Shown piece after piece: positions 26,021-39,489 of a stretch of 64,000 nucleotides of DNA. Below the pieces are notes generated by a model that worked only from the letters and a program-made list of their open reading frames with translations, was not told where the DNA came from and made no database searches. Source of the stretch: Chiloscyllium plagiosum (Eukaryota); contig NC_057719.1 in assembly GCF_004010195.1 (NCBI RefSeq), positions 33,030,563 to 33,094,562 of the forward strand, given 5' to 3'. How positions within the stretch are numbered: the first letter of the stretch is position 1; each line of letters opens with the position of its first letter. A program made the position numbers and the translations under genes.

Positions 26021-27084
26021 TCTACAGTCTGCAGGCGCTTTACATCTGCTGTGATTTTAAATTAAATCTGTTATGTAACTGCTTGCCATGGTCTAGACTT
26101 TTCAATGGCTAGACAGTCATTTCTAAAGTGTAGATGCAGTTGTCACTGTAGACCCTGCAGAATCACCATCATAGCAGGCTCCGAAGGAATTGCATGGGAA
26201 ATTGAAGATTCCACTGGGCAATTCTTCCGCAACTAGAATCCTCTGCAGGTATCCATTGGAGAATTTGGGGGCCTCTGCTACAGTAAAATGAATAGTTATA
26301 ATGGTTAAAAGATTAAATAATTGGTCTAACCCCTGAGTAACGATTAAATTGACATCCCAAACTTCTGACACACCTCTCCTAGACCCTAACATGACACACA
26401 CCTCCTGTACGCCCAGGACCTGATACTGGAAGTCAACATGATGACTTAGTGACTGACTGTGCGTGTGCAGACTTGATATGGTAAAATAATTTCAAATTCA
26501 GCACACATGCATGTGTGCATGCAGAGATGTGAGTGGTGTCAGCAAATCTTGGCCTATTCCCCTGGATCTTCTGCCCATTATTTTAGATCTATACCTTCTA
26601 GGAATCAACTCTCCCACCAGTGCAAACAACTTCTTTCCATGTGGAAAAGAAGAGACAGATAATAATTTCAAAAGTAGATTGGATGGTCACTTAAGAGAAA
26701 TAAACTTGCACAATTATAGGGATAGAGCCCAGGAAGGGGACTGACTGCCTCCCTGAGAGTCACCATGGATTCAATGGCTGAATGGTCTCCTTTTGTTCCA
26801 TAGTTGACACCATCACATACCTTCATCAGATCAAATGCCTCTTTTAAATCTTTGCTTCAATTTAATCTGCTCTGACAACAATCTGGCCATTCCACTTTCT
26901 GCATGATACATTAATACAAGGACTTGTTTTTCTTTGTCAGAGTGCTAAATTTGAAGTCAGTCATGTTAATTAGCTTTACAATTTTATTCTGTCAGCTACA
27001 TGAAAAAATGACAATAAAACAATTTCCATTTATATGACTTTTAATGTATTAAAATAGTCCAAAGCAATTACAAAGATGAAAAAG

Positions 27085-27650
27085 GAAAGATTTGCATCTA
27101 TATAATGCCTTTCACTAACTTAAAACATCTCAAAGTACTTTACAACTAATTAAGTATTTTCAAAGTGTTGTCACTGCTGTAAGGTAGGGAATATGGCAGC
27201 CAAATTGCACATGGCTAGCTCCCGCAAGAGCAATGCGATAATGACCAAATAATTTGTTTTACTGATGTTGTTTAACGGATAAACATTAGCCACAATATCA
27301 ATGTTAACTCCCTTACAATAAAAACAAAAGTTGTTGAAGAAACTCAGCAGGTTTGGCAGCATCTGTGAAGGGAGAAACAGAGTTAACATTTCAAGTCCAA
27401 TATTTCCTCTTCGGAACCACAGATGCCACTAGACCTACAGAGTATCTCCAGCACTTTCTGTTTTTATTTCAGATCTCTGGCAACTGTAGTATTTGCTTTT
27501 ACTTGAAGGACAACTCCCTTGTTCTTTTTCAAAACATGTAACTTGTAGGTGCTTACACTCGCCAGACAGAGCAGACAAGTTTACAATTTAATTTCGCATC
27601 AAAAGACATCATCTCTGACAATGCACCAACCCCTCTGTACTGCACAGGAA
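27085..27650 (-). mobile_element. SacSINE1/DeuSINE-like ancient SINE, interrupted by a fold-back PLE end (about 27315-27511)
   Basis: Minus strand has the tail acagcagtgacaacactttgaaaatacttaattagttgtaaagtactttgagatg...tatatagatgcaaat, which resembles AmnSINE1/SacSINE1 as I recall them; AACTCCCTT is repeated at 27306-27314 and 27512-27520 around the insert. Confidence 0.65.
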
Positions 27651-28429
27651 AGATGAAGCTAATGAGAAATTGAAAATCACAAAATTATTACAACGCATGC
27701 CATTCAATATATCATGTCTGTGCCTGACCTCCGAATGAGCAATGAATCTTGTATCATTCTGTTGCCTTCTTCCCGTAACCCAGCACATGCTTTCTTTTGA
27801 GATAAAAATCCAATATCCTGTCGAATACCCCAATTGAATGTGACTCTATCAACTCTCAGGCAACTCATTCTCAACCTTAACAGTCTGATGAATGTAAAAG
27901 TTTCTCATGCTTTTTCCATTCCTTTTTATCGACTTATCTCAAGTCTGTGCCCTGTCATTCCCAAATCCTTCCACCAATTGGAACACTTATTCCTTATCTA
28001 CTTGTTAATACCTATTCGGATTGATAATATTGTTTTTAGTTGATAAGCTATTTAGTCCAACACCACATATTTATGAACTATGTTGTGGTTTGAAATAAAA
28101 GGATTGTAACAGTATGGATATAAAATTGGCTGGGAGATAGAGAGCTGAGAGTATGGTTAATGTATGTTTCAAACTGGAAGAAGGTTTGTATTGGAGTTCT
28201 CTGTGTAATTGGGATCCTCAATCTCCTGATTTACATTAATGAGATAGAGACCTCTGTATACACAGGAAAGTTTCAAAATTTGTGGATCATGCTAAATTTG
28301 GAAGCATTGTGAATCATCAGAAAGACACTAGAGAACTTCAAAATATAGACAACTTGGTGGAATGGGTGGAAAGGTGATAAATAAAGTTCAATGAAAAAAG
28401 ATTGTACAAAATGATGAATATTGGTAGGG

Positions 28430-30850
28430 AGATAAACCTCTATAAAATTCACATGAATTCCAAAGATTCCCCACCTCTAAGTGAAGGTACTCCTCCATAT
28501 CTCATTCGTAAATCACCTAACTCTTATTCAGAGACTATTACCCATTGGACGTCCGTTGAATTTTGACTTTCTATGCTTCAATGAAATCATTTGTCATTTT
28601 TCTAAACTTGAGATTAAAAAAAAGACCAGCCTCCTCATTGTTTTTCTCACAAGGCAATTCTGCCATCCCAGTGATCAGTCTGGCAAAACTTCATTGCACT
28701 CTCACTGGCAAAGAGGAATTAAAACGCTGCAAAATACTGCAGACATAGTCTTACCAAGTTTCTAAATAATTGCAGCAAAATTTCTTTACTCCATAACACA
28801 AATCTCTTTGTAATAAAGGCTGATGTACCACTTGCCTTCCTAATTGCTTGCCACAGCATGGTTAATGGCTCATAAGCAAGGAAATCAAGGTTCCTTTGTG
28901 TATCAATACTTTTCAATACCTCAGTGTTACATAACCTGTATTTCTACTATTTGACAAATTTCCTAGAGGAATTAAAACGCTGCAAAATACTGCAGACATA
29001 GTCTTACCAAGTTTCTAAATAATTGCAGCAAAATTTCTTTACTCCATAACACAATCTCTTTGTAATAAAGGCTGATGTACCACTTGCCTTCCTAATTGCT
29101 TGCCACAGCATGTTTAGTGGCTCATAAGCAAGGAAATCAAGGTTCCTTTGTGTATCAATACTTTTCAATACCTCACTGTTACATAACCTGTATTTCTACT
29201 ATTTGACAAATTTCCTGTTCATAAATCAATGTTGGATCTGCACAATCTGATCATTATTTTCTAAAAGTCCAGTTATCACTATATTAGGCTAGCAGATGTT
29301 TCATGTTTTCTCTCTTGCTCTTTCTATAATATTGGGATTAAAATTACTGGAGTAGATTTTGAAACTATAGACATTTGGAAAATGATCACCAATAAATCCA
29401 ATATCCCTGCAGCCACTTTCAACATTCTGGCATGTCAATCAGCTGGTACATAGGAACTATTACCTTTAAGTCGCATTAACTTCTCCAGTACTACTTTCCT
29501 TTCGCTAATACTAATTTCTTTTGGTTCCTTATTCTTGCTAGTCTCTTGGTTCCCTAATATTCCACTTTTGTTGTTCCATTTTCCTTCATGTCGACAAGCA
29601 TAGATGACGAGTTTACTTTTTCTGCCATTTCCTGATTCACTGTTATAAACTCTCTTGTCACTACAAATATTCAAATATTTCTTTGCTAATCTTTTCCTTT
29701 TTACACACCCATTAAAAATTTTACAATCTATTTTAAGCGTCTCATTAGTTTACTTTCATATTTTTTTTAAATCTCAGTTTCTTATTTATCTTTTCCTGAA
29801 TTCTAAATTGCCCTACCCCTCAAGCTTACTAACTTTTTTGTGAAACTTTGTAAGCTTCGAATACAATCTTCAGCTTTAGTGAGGATTGGATGAAGAGCCA
29901 TTGGACCTGAAACATTAACTCTGCTTTCTGCTTTCTGTCCACAGATACCCTGCTGAATTTCTCCAGCAATTTTTGTTTTTATTGGCAGTTGCTCGTTTAT
30001 AATTGTAAAATGACATTTTGAAAACTAACTTCTCCACTGGAAATACCATGGAATTTCTGATCATTCTTTCAAGAATTTTTTTTTTCAAATTATAATTAAA
30101 ATTGTTTTAGCCATTGTGCTATGAATACAAATCATATTATTGCTTGTTTCAGTGTTGAGTAATTTGCATATTGTTCAAATTTGTACTGATTTGGAATTGA
30201 TCATTGAAGGTGAGTAATGATTACTTACTTTTTCTACTCAAAGGAATATTAATTTGTTGCAAACCACGTATTTACTATTTAAATGCTAGCCATTGCCTGT
30301 CGACCATCTTATCTTTCAAAGCAGTTTTGTGGTCTACTACAGCTAACCTGTCCCCCTCCTGCCTTCATGGTTTTCTTTGTTCAGATTTAAGACCTTGGTC
30401 TCAGGTTCAACTACATGTTCAAACTTGATGTACCATTCTATCATATCATGGTCACTCTTCCCAAGACACTCCTTTACATTTAGATTATTAATTAGCCCAT
30501 TCTCATGGCAAATATGGATCTCAAGACAGTCACTTTCTATTTGGTTCCTTAACATACTTTCCTAGAAAACCATCTTGTTTACATACCAGGAATTCATTCT
30601 CCATAGCATGTCCTAATTTAGGCCATGCCCAACAATTCCATGACTATTTCGGACCAATAAATAACTATTGCCAATGTTTTCTGTCTTTTACTCTTCCTTA
30701 GCAGCACCCAAACTGATTCTACATCTTATCTGTCTTATTAATCTATTGCTCTAATCCTTCATTAACAGCAATACAGAACTCCATTTTTCTTTTTGTCTAT
30801 CCTTCTGAAACGATTAATATCCTTAAACATTCAGTTCCCAGCCTTGGTCA
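28430..30850 (-). mobile_element. Old fragmented CR1 ORF2
   Basis: QAIRKASGTSAFITK, VVLEKLMRLKGNSS and LGKSDHDMIEWYIKFE motifs; a PLE end fragment lies at about 29885-29982. Confidence 0.7.
28712..29216 (+). repeat. Tandem duplication, unit about 253 bp (28712-28964 and 28965-29216)
   Basis: agaggaattaaaacgctgc...ttgacaaatttcct occurs twice head-to-tail with a few substitutions and a 1-bp indel. Confidence 0.95.
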
Positions 30851-32219
30851 CTGGGTGTCTTTTGAAAACCAGTGAAGCATGTGGAGAAAACCAACTGAGA
30901 AGCAACATTCTGACCAGGATAAGGATAATTTCATCAAATTGTGAATAGGAAGCATTGAACTGCCTCCCAGTCTTGCTCTGCCAATAGCCCATTGTTTCTG
31001 TATTTTTGTTTGTGCATGTGCAATTGAGGGAGTGAGAGAGAGTGAGTGATATGGGAGAGTTTATAAGAGTTTACATTTTTAACTTACAATGTTAAATGCC
31101 AATGGTATACAACACAATGGTTTAGTTAAACTCTAATTACAATAAATTGTAATTCTTGTTAAGTGCAGAAACCTGGCTCATACTTTTGATCACATTTGCT
31201 CTGAACATCAGGTAAATTGGGGAATTTTGTGTACTTATTTTCTTTGTGTATTTTTATCTTTAATATTTTTGATGACACCAACAAAGCAAAGCTTGCTTTC
31301 CAGTCCATTGCCTCAGTGAGATGTGACAACGTAGTCCATACAATCCGTTGTTCCATTAAATTGGTCATTGGTTCATTCATTATTGACTGCAAATGTCTGC
31401 CTGTGCAGCAATTTCAAACACCAAACTGCAGATTATCAGTGCACTCCTGCTCAGTGCATTAGTCAAATACTAATCCTTCATTGAGGACATTCGCTGACTT
31501 CAGCTACAGAAGCCTTGATCAATGACTACACAGTAATACTGCGATATCAATTTTAAAATAAAAACATGGAAATTATTGCATTATTTTGGAGGCTACAAAC
31601 CCATTATACAAAACATTTATAGGCTGCAAACTCATTTGGGATTGATTGGGACCTATTATGCTCAGCTCCAAGTTTAAATGTTCAGTGTTTCTGCTTTGTC
31701 TCCCTGATTGTCATTCATCATTTCCTTTGATGGGTTTGCAATACTTTTATTTGTTTATTAGTTTTTGCATTTATGCCCATTTCAAATTTATCCTAATATC
31801 TGTAAAAAGTGGATACTGGGTGAATACCTATCAAGGATGTCTGGGGAGAGTGGAGGAGGCATTGGGAGCCTGAAGCAGCCTGAAGGATATTATGCACAAT
31901 GTTATGAAAGAGCACTTGGGGCTGGTGACAGAGTGAGGTGTGAGAGTTTGAGGGGCTGATGTTCACAATTAGAATGGGACTGATATCCCAGTAAATAGAG
32001 GCAGTTGATCCAGATTATGGGCCTACCCCATCCACCACAGCCCATTAACACTTCAGCCCTACCTCCAGAGGCAGTGAGCCTCACTCCACCCAATCCATGA
32101 GCCCTCAAAAGAAAACAAAAATGGTGGGCAACAGCCTTTTTAAAGGAAATAGGTATGTCAAGTCAGGAAGTTGACTAACTTGACTTTCCCATCTCCTTCA
32201 CTTTAAGGATATGGAGTAT

Positions 32220-32492
32220 GTTAGTTTAGACTGAGATGAGGAGAAATTTCTTCACCCAGAGAGTGGTAAATCTGTGGAACTCTCTGCCATAGAAAGAGAT
32301 TGGGAACAAAACATCAAACGTTTTCAAGAGGGAGTTAGATATACTTCTTCGGGCTAAAGGAATCTAAGTGTATGAAGCGAAAGCAGGAACAGGATACAGA
32401 GTTGGATGATCAGTCGTAATCATATTGAATAGTGTAGCAGGTTCAAAAGGCCAAATAGCCTACTCCTGTTCCTGTTCTCCATATTTCTATGT
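32220..32492 (+). mobile_element. CR1 3' tail fragment
   Basis: gagatgaggagaaatttcttcacccagagagtggt ... cctactcctgttcct...ctatgtt. Confidence 0.8.
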
Positions 32493-33119
32493 TAAGAGAA
32501 TCAGCTTGACATAAGAATAAGCTTTTGCTACACATTGTTTGTGGTTCTTCTCCTTAAATAAATATGTTTAAAGTTATAGACTTAATTCTTTGATTTGCTT
32601 TGGGAAAGCTGCAGTCGCTGATTTTTATTTGCCTCAGTGAGGAGAAAATGATTTTGTGAGGTGGCAAAATAAAGAGCAGCTCTCCAGTTCTTGTAAATTA
32701 TAGCAGAACTTTCAATCGTGCAAACGTGACATCAGTCAAAGCTGCTGCAGGCCTGGATAAGTTATGAAGCTCTTCCACACAAGTGGAAGAAGGCCTTGAC
32801 CTTATCATCAAGGTTAGATATTCTGTTTATTCTATGGTTGAGGGATTCTTAGCAAAAACATGAACACAGGTTTAAATGATTTGTGGAATGCTGCCCATCT
32901 CCACCAAGACTTGATTGTAATTTCACAGAGATAAATAGCTCTTTTTCATTTCCCATGCTTTAAATTAGATATTGATCGAGTGAACAGTAAATTATGGTAT
33001 GTTTATAGAATAAACATAAACTTCACATGGGTCAGCTCAAAGGGTATCTACCAATGGAGTCAGTTTTAAATATGATATAATAGAGAATATGTCTGTCTCT
33101 GGGAGTTAGACAGTTCATC

Positions 33120-34750
33120 CATAGAACGTAGAACATAGAACAATACAGCACAGAACAGGCCCTTCGGCCCACGATGTTGTGCCGAACATTTGTCCTAGCT
33201 TAAGCACCCATCCATGTACCTATCTAATTGCCGCTTAAAGGTCACCAATGATTCTGACTCTGCCACTCCCACAGGCAGCGCATTCCATGCCCCCACCACT
33301 CTCTGGGTAAAGAACCCACCCCTGACATCTCCCCTATACCTTCCACCCTTCACCTTAAATTTATGTCCCCTTGTAACACTCTGTTGCACCCGGGAAAAAA
33401 GTTTCTGACTGTCTACTCTATCTATTCCTCTGATCATCTTAAAAACCTCTATCAAGTCACCCCTCATCCTTCACCATTCCAATGAGAAAAGGCCTAGCAC
33501 TCTCAACCTATCCTCGCATGACCTATTCTCCATTCCAGGCAACATCCTGGTAAATCTTCTCTGCACCCCCTCCAAAGCTTCCACATCTTTCCTAAAGTGA
33601 GGCGACCAGAACAGCACACAGTACTCCAAATGTGGCCTAAACAAAGTCCTGTACAGTTGCAACATCACTTCACGACTCTTGAATTCAATCCCTCTGCTAA
33701 TGAACGATAATACTCCATAGGCCTTCTTACAAACTCTATCCACCTGAGTGGCAACCTTCAAAGATCTATGTACATAGACCCCAAGATCCCTCTGTTCCTC
33801 CACCTGACTAAGAACCCTACCATTAACCCTGTATTCCGCATTCTTATTTGTTCTTCCAAAATGGTCAACCTCACACTTGGCAGGGTTGAACTCCATCTGC
33901 CACTCCTCAGCCCAGCTCTGCATCATATCTAAGTCCCTCTGCAGCCGATAACAGCCCTCCTCACTGTCCACAACTCCACCTATCTTCGTATCATCTGCAA
34001 ATTTACTGACCCATCCTTCGACTCCCTCATCTAAGTCATTAATAAAAATTACAAACAGCAGAGGACCCAGACCTGATCCCTGCGGAACTCCACTTGTAAC
34101 TGGGCTCCAGGCTGAATATTTACCATCTACCACCACTCTCTGACTTTGACCGGTTAGCCAGTTTTCTATCCAATTGGCCAAATTTCCCTCTATCCCCTGC
34201 CTCCTGACTTTCCGCATAAGCCTTCCATGGGGAACCTTATCAAATGCCTTACTGAAATCCATGTACACTACATCCACTGCTCTTCCCTCATCCACATGCT
34301 TGGTCACCTCCTCGAAGAATTCAATAAGACTTGTAAGGCAAGACCTACTCCTCACAAATCCGTGCTGGCTGTCCCTAATCAAGCAGAGTCTTTCCAGATA
34401 CTCATAAATCCTATCCCTCAGTACCCTTTCCATTACTTTGCCTACCACCGAAGTAAGACTAACTAGACTGTAATTCCCGGGGTTATCCCTATTCCCTTTT
34501 TTGAACAGGGGCATAACATTCGCCACTCTCCAGTCCCCTGGTACCACCCCAGTTGACAGTGAAGACAAAAAGATCATTGCCAACGGTTCTGCAATTTCCT
34601 CTCTTGCCACATAATCCTAGGATATATCCCGTCAGGCCTGGGAGACTTGTCTATCCTCAAGTTGTTCAAAATGTTCAACACATCTTCCTTCCTAACAAGT
34701 ATCTCTTCTAGCTTACCAGTCCGTTTCACACTCTCCTCTTCAACAATACA
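33120..34750 (-). mobile_element. Young 5'-truncated CR1 with an uninterrupted 379-codon RT frame (33471-34610)
   Basis: DWRVANVMPLFKKG, QHGFVRSRSCLTSL, YMDFSKAFDKVPH, GVPQGSGLGP and KFADDTK; tail (gttctat)n. Confidence 0.95.
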
Positions 34751-34859
34751 ATAATATTGTATTGTCACATCCAATGACTGACTGTGTGATAGTCATGTAG
34801 CTAAAAATAGAAAGCTCCTGTAGTCCCTGATGCGCATGGACATCTTCCTGTAGTGGCTT

Positions 34860-35330
34860 TAAAAAAATAATTTCTAGGATGTAGGCGTTGCTGGCTAGCC
34901 CAGTATTTATTGGCCATCGCTGACTGTCCTGGATAAGATGGTGTTGAACTGCCATTTGGAATCACTGTGGATCTTAGGAAGCAGAGGAGCTGTTAGGAGG
35001 GGAGTTCCAGGACTCTGATCCAGGGGCAGTGAGGGCATAAAGATACAGTTCCAAGTCAGGATAATGTGTGGCTTGTAGAAAACTAACACATTCCCAAACA
35101 TCTGCTGCCCTTGCCTTTCTAGTGGTTGAGGTTATGCATTTTAAAGGTGCTGTCGAAAAGCCTTGTGAGTTACTATAATGCATTTTCTAGATGGTACAAG
35201 GGGGTCACTGTGCATCAGTGGTAAAATGTATGAATGTTGAATGTATTAGTTGGGGTGTCAATCAAGTGGGATACTTTGATTTGGATGGTGTCAAGATTCT
35301 TGACTTGTTGGATCTGCGCTTGTTCAGTAG
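34860..35330 (-). mobile_element. Old LINE 3' end, same family as 200-1735
   Basis: Reverse complement resembles 1440-1735 and 2300-2360 (atcctgacttggaact...tcctggaactcc). Confidence 0.6.
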
Positions 35331-35839
35331 GTTTCAGTAATCTGATTCCTGATACCCTTTCAATAAAGAAGTGACCCCACAGTTATGACAAATCCAGTCA
35401 AAATATTAGAAGACAACCTTGAATAAGGGATATGTTTGTTTGGTTCCTGGTGTGCATTTTTAAAAATAATAGCAAATCCACACAGTGATCTTTATTGTGG
35501 ATTAACCTTTTCACAGATTGCATACTGACACCATATTCAAACAATGAACGTTGTTACAGTCACTGAACATTATTACCCAGGACTAATGGATTCTAGGCAT
35601 TTGGTTGCTCACTATCTTTGTTTTATATGCAAATTGCACCAAGTAAAGACATCATTCATCACAACATGTCCCATGATTTTTTCTCCTTTGTATGAACAGT
35701 AATCCTGTGTCCAATATTTTTACTTTTGCCAATACAAATTGATCATTTTATTCCCATTCCTTATTAACTGCTCGATCCTGAATCCATACTGTTATAGCAA
35801 CCCCAATCCCTAAATCTTATTTTATGTTGTGCCCTTGTG

Positions 35840-38800
35840 AGTAGAGAAATAACTCCATAGAGGCCAGTATCCTGTCACCAAGTCACCATTTATTTACACA
35901 TGCATAGTACTTGTCAGTGGTCTAGTTTCTTCAGAGCCAGCTTTCAGAGTGAACAGAGCCTCTAAACTCCTATTTATTTCTATCAGCCAGGGCTCCCTAA
36001 TTGAACCAGATTAACAGTCCCAATCAGGGAACTCAGATTCTATGAAGTCCATCTGGCTGATCTCATTATAATCACTATATCCCTTCCCCTCTAAGTCCAG
36101 GGACCTTAGCCTATTCTGTTTGTTGTAACATCTCCTGGGCAGTTTTCACACTGGGTCCAATTCCTCCGACTTAGCCTTAGATACGGATGGTGTATTACAA
36201 GCTGTAGCCTGTTTTGTGCCCAGAACGTCTCAGAAGAAATTCATCCTCTCCTTTGGGTAGTAAAAGCATTGAGGCTGCGATATCTGCCATGTCCATCTCA
36301 GATTCCAAGGTTTCTTCGATGCTAGGTGGAGGGGGAGGACCCAAGGGTTCTGACAGCCTTTCCTGCTATTCTAAGGGCTGCATATATTTTGTTTCTACCC
36401 CACTTGCAAGTTTGCCACTTTCATGTGGTTTAGGTGCTTGTTCCTGACCACCTCACCTACCTGAACTTTATACGTCACTGGATCTGACTTCACATCGACC
36501 AAGCCTCTTACCTATGCAAGGCCCTTCCCATGGTTCCTCCATCAAATCTTGTCCCCTGAAGTAAACTGTCCCTCTTGTTTAGAAGAGTCTAGTGTCTGGC
36601 ATTGGCATTCTAGATGCTGTTTTGAATCTACCTTCCAGATCCGGGAAGGTCAGATTTAACCTGATATGGAGCCTTCTCCCCATCAGCAGTACCCCTGTAG
36701 TTGCGATCGTGGGGGGCGGCGGGGGGGGGGGTTGTGGATGGGTGTAACGTCAAATAATCAATTAAGAACCAGGATTGCTTGGTATCGAGTGAAGCTTTTG
36801 GCTGTTTCCTTAAGCGTGCCTTCAAAGTTTGGACTGCAGTTTCTGCCAGACCATCGGGTGAAAGAGGATATAGAGCTGTCCTTATAAACAGACGGCAATT
36901 TGAGTTTAGGAGGTATTCGAATTCCCTGCTGATGAACGGTAGCATGTTATCTGTGACCAACACTTTTGCAAGTCTGAGTATTTAAAACAATATGCACCGT
37001 TTTTCTATCATTCCCTGTGTTTGATGAATGAACTCTATGCACAGCCAGCGACTTTGAGTGGGCATCCACAGTGACTAAGATTGTTGAAGCATAACCAAGT
37101 CCAGGGTTTACTTGGCCATTCCCATGAACATGGGTGAGCTGCTGGTGGTAATTTTTGTCCTGGTTGGCATTCTGGCCAATGCCCCACCAATGTAACTATG
37201 CCTGCATCGAATCCTGGCCACCAGACATAACTGCTTACTAGCATCTTCATTTTGGACACCCCTGGATGATTCCAGTGGAGTTCAGCCAGTATCTAGTAGC
37301 AACCTTTGCTTGGATCATAAAATGCCATCCTCTACCGTGATCTGGTCTTGCCAGTCCAGAAAGGTTTCAATTTTGGTTGTGATGGCCCCTTTCTTTCCCC
37401 CATCACTACTGTGTTAGTTTTGCCAGGACTGAACCTTTTGGCATCCACAGTCTGATATTGTGACTGGAAAAGTGTCGAGAAAATTTAAAACCATTATGGA
37501 CTCCTCCATTAATGGAACAAATGGTCAAGTTTCTGGCAGCAGGAGGTAGCTCAAGGCATCTGCATTTTCTGTTTAGCCTCCCTTCCCACATGGTGTTCCA
37601 ACTTATAATTATACACTCTGAGAATAAGGGGCCATGGCTAAATTTGACCTGAGGTTATAGGCAGCACAGTCTTCTTTGAGTAGATGTAGTAGGAGGTTTT
37701 GGGCTGTTACTTTTACAAATTTGCATCCAAGATATTATTGGTGGAACTTTCTCACCTCAAAGATGACCGCCAAATCTTTCTTCTCTATTGGGGCATATTT
37801 TCACTCTGCATCAGCCAAAGTCCACGAAGTAAACACTATTGAGTGTTCCCCTCTATTGGGCCATCTGTAAGCGAACACCATCCCAAAACCATATGGACAG
37901 CATGTTAGCACCAGATCTTGCTTAGGACCATGGTATGCCAACACCTTAGATGATAATACCTGCTTCTTCATTTATCTAAAGGCTATGTCTTGGCAATTAG
38001 ACCATTTCCAAAGACCGACCCTTTTTCAATAATAGATTTAAGGGTGCCAGGATGGATGCCACGTATAATAATCAGTACAACCAGTGCTGCCTATTCCTCA
38101 AAGTGTACTAGTTTGATGATTACTTCACTTCCCGGCCTCTTGATTTCTGCCTCTACCTTTTGTCCATAAGGCAAATGGCACTGGGCGGGCCTTGCAGAAT
38201 CATGGAATTGCTTCCTGGTCAACATGCAAGGTGGCCTTGTCTGCTTTGATAGTCCAGAGACTTTCCTGAAAAACTTCCATGTGTTTAATTAGGACTTCAC
38301 TCAGGCAGCTATTTTCTAATCGAAAAATGTTGAGCCAAACAAGTCAAATTATTCTCAACCAATTTCGCCCCATCAGGCTTTAGCATGAGCTTTTTACGAA
38401 ATTGGTAACTGAACCAGCTCCTTCTCATAAGAGACCAGAAGCCAAATTGTATCATTAATCTGTAAATTTACCCTGGTATTGGTTCTCAGGCTAACTGAAA
38501 TCTTACACAAACTTAAGGGTTGGAGTCCAGAGTGAATTTTGCAAAAGACAGGTTTGGCAATCACTGAAACAGCTACACTGGTATTGACCTCCATTAGAAC
38601 TGGGTGACCATTTAACCAGATTTTTTTTTTTATTCTTTCTGAGGTGGGTGTTACTAAGCAGTTTATCTGTTCCAAATCAGTTGGAGGTGGACCTTCCAGG
38701 GTGTGGACTCTCCTGGATACTGGCCTATATGTTCCCTTACTCGATTCAGGACTGGTGGAACACTTCTGCTATCTTGAGTCCAAATGCTGGCAGCAGTTAT

Positions 38801-39387
38801 AATGGCTTGCTATCCAGGACTCTGACAAAAATGCTTGGCTGAGGCTTGGCTTTGTTTTGGAGTTTTGCTGTGGGCTGACCTAGAGTCCCTCTGTTCAGAA
38901 TATGTCCTGAGTGATGCTATGCAATTGCCTTCACTCAAGTGGTGTTCCCCGAGCTCATTCGGACTGGCAAGGGTGGCCACTTCTATTGGCATACCGTGCA
39001 ACTCATATGCTCCACTTGTCATATTTTTGAACACCAAAGCCAGGTGTAGAGCCTGATTGAAGTCTGGGTTTCAGCTAGTAGGTGCTTCTGCATGGTTACA
39101 TCATTAATCCCACATACCACAGTCTGTCAGCATCTCATTAAGATTTAAACCAAAGTCACATTCCCCTGCCAGTCATCTTGGCCTTGGTCAAAGATCCCAA
39201 CGCAGATTCTCCTGGTCTCGAACTGCTGAGTAAAAGCAAGAGCATCTTAGAATTAGAGGCAGCTTCGGGTCGTAATATTGCTTAACCAAATATGTCAGCC
39301 AGGGCTTCCTGATTGGACCACGTTAACGGTTCTAATCAGGAACTCAAATCCTATGAGATCCACATGGTTGACTATAAGCAGCACTAC
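35840..39387 (-). mobile_element. Decayed Gypsy-type LTR retrotransposon: 3' LTR about 35840-36079, PPT 36080-36092, integrase, RNase H, mostly deleted RT, protease, gag remnant, partial 5' LTR about 39295-39387
   Basis: LNGHPVLMEVNTSVAVSVI (degenerate protease motif), KMKMLVSSYVWWPG and LVTDN..FISREF...DGLAETAVQTLK (integrase); purine tract agaggggaaggga next to the LTR; LTR segment tcagccagggct..ctgatt..acca..ttaac...aatcagg at both ends in direct orientation. Confidence 0.88.
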
Positions 39388-39489
39388 CCAAATGTTTTTC
39401 AAAAATTAAAGTACATTTGGATGTATCTCTACAAGTTGCGCAACATCAAGGGCCATTACTGCACTGTAATGTTTTACATTCTATGTTCT

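Noticed and set aside
26123..26401. 92-aa minus-strand ORF considered as another MDGA2 exon
   Set aside because: No Ig, FN3 or MAM motif and no resemblance to the MDGA2 sequence I recall.
30860..31330. Possible LTR-like fragment ending near TGTGACA
   Set aside because: No matching start, TSD or second copy could be identified.
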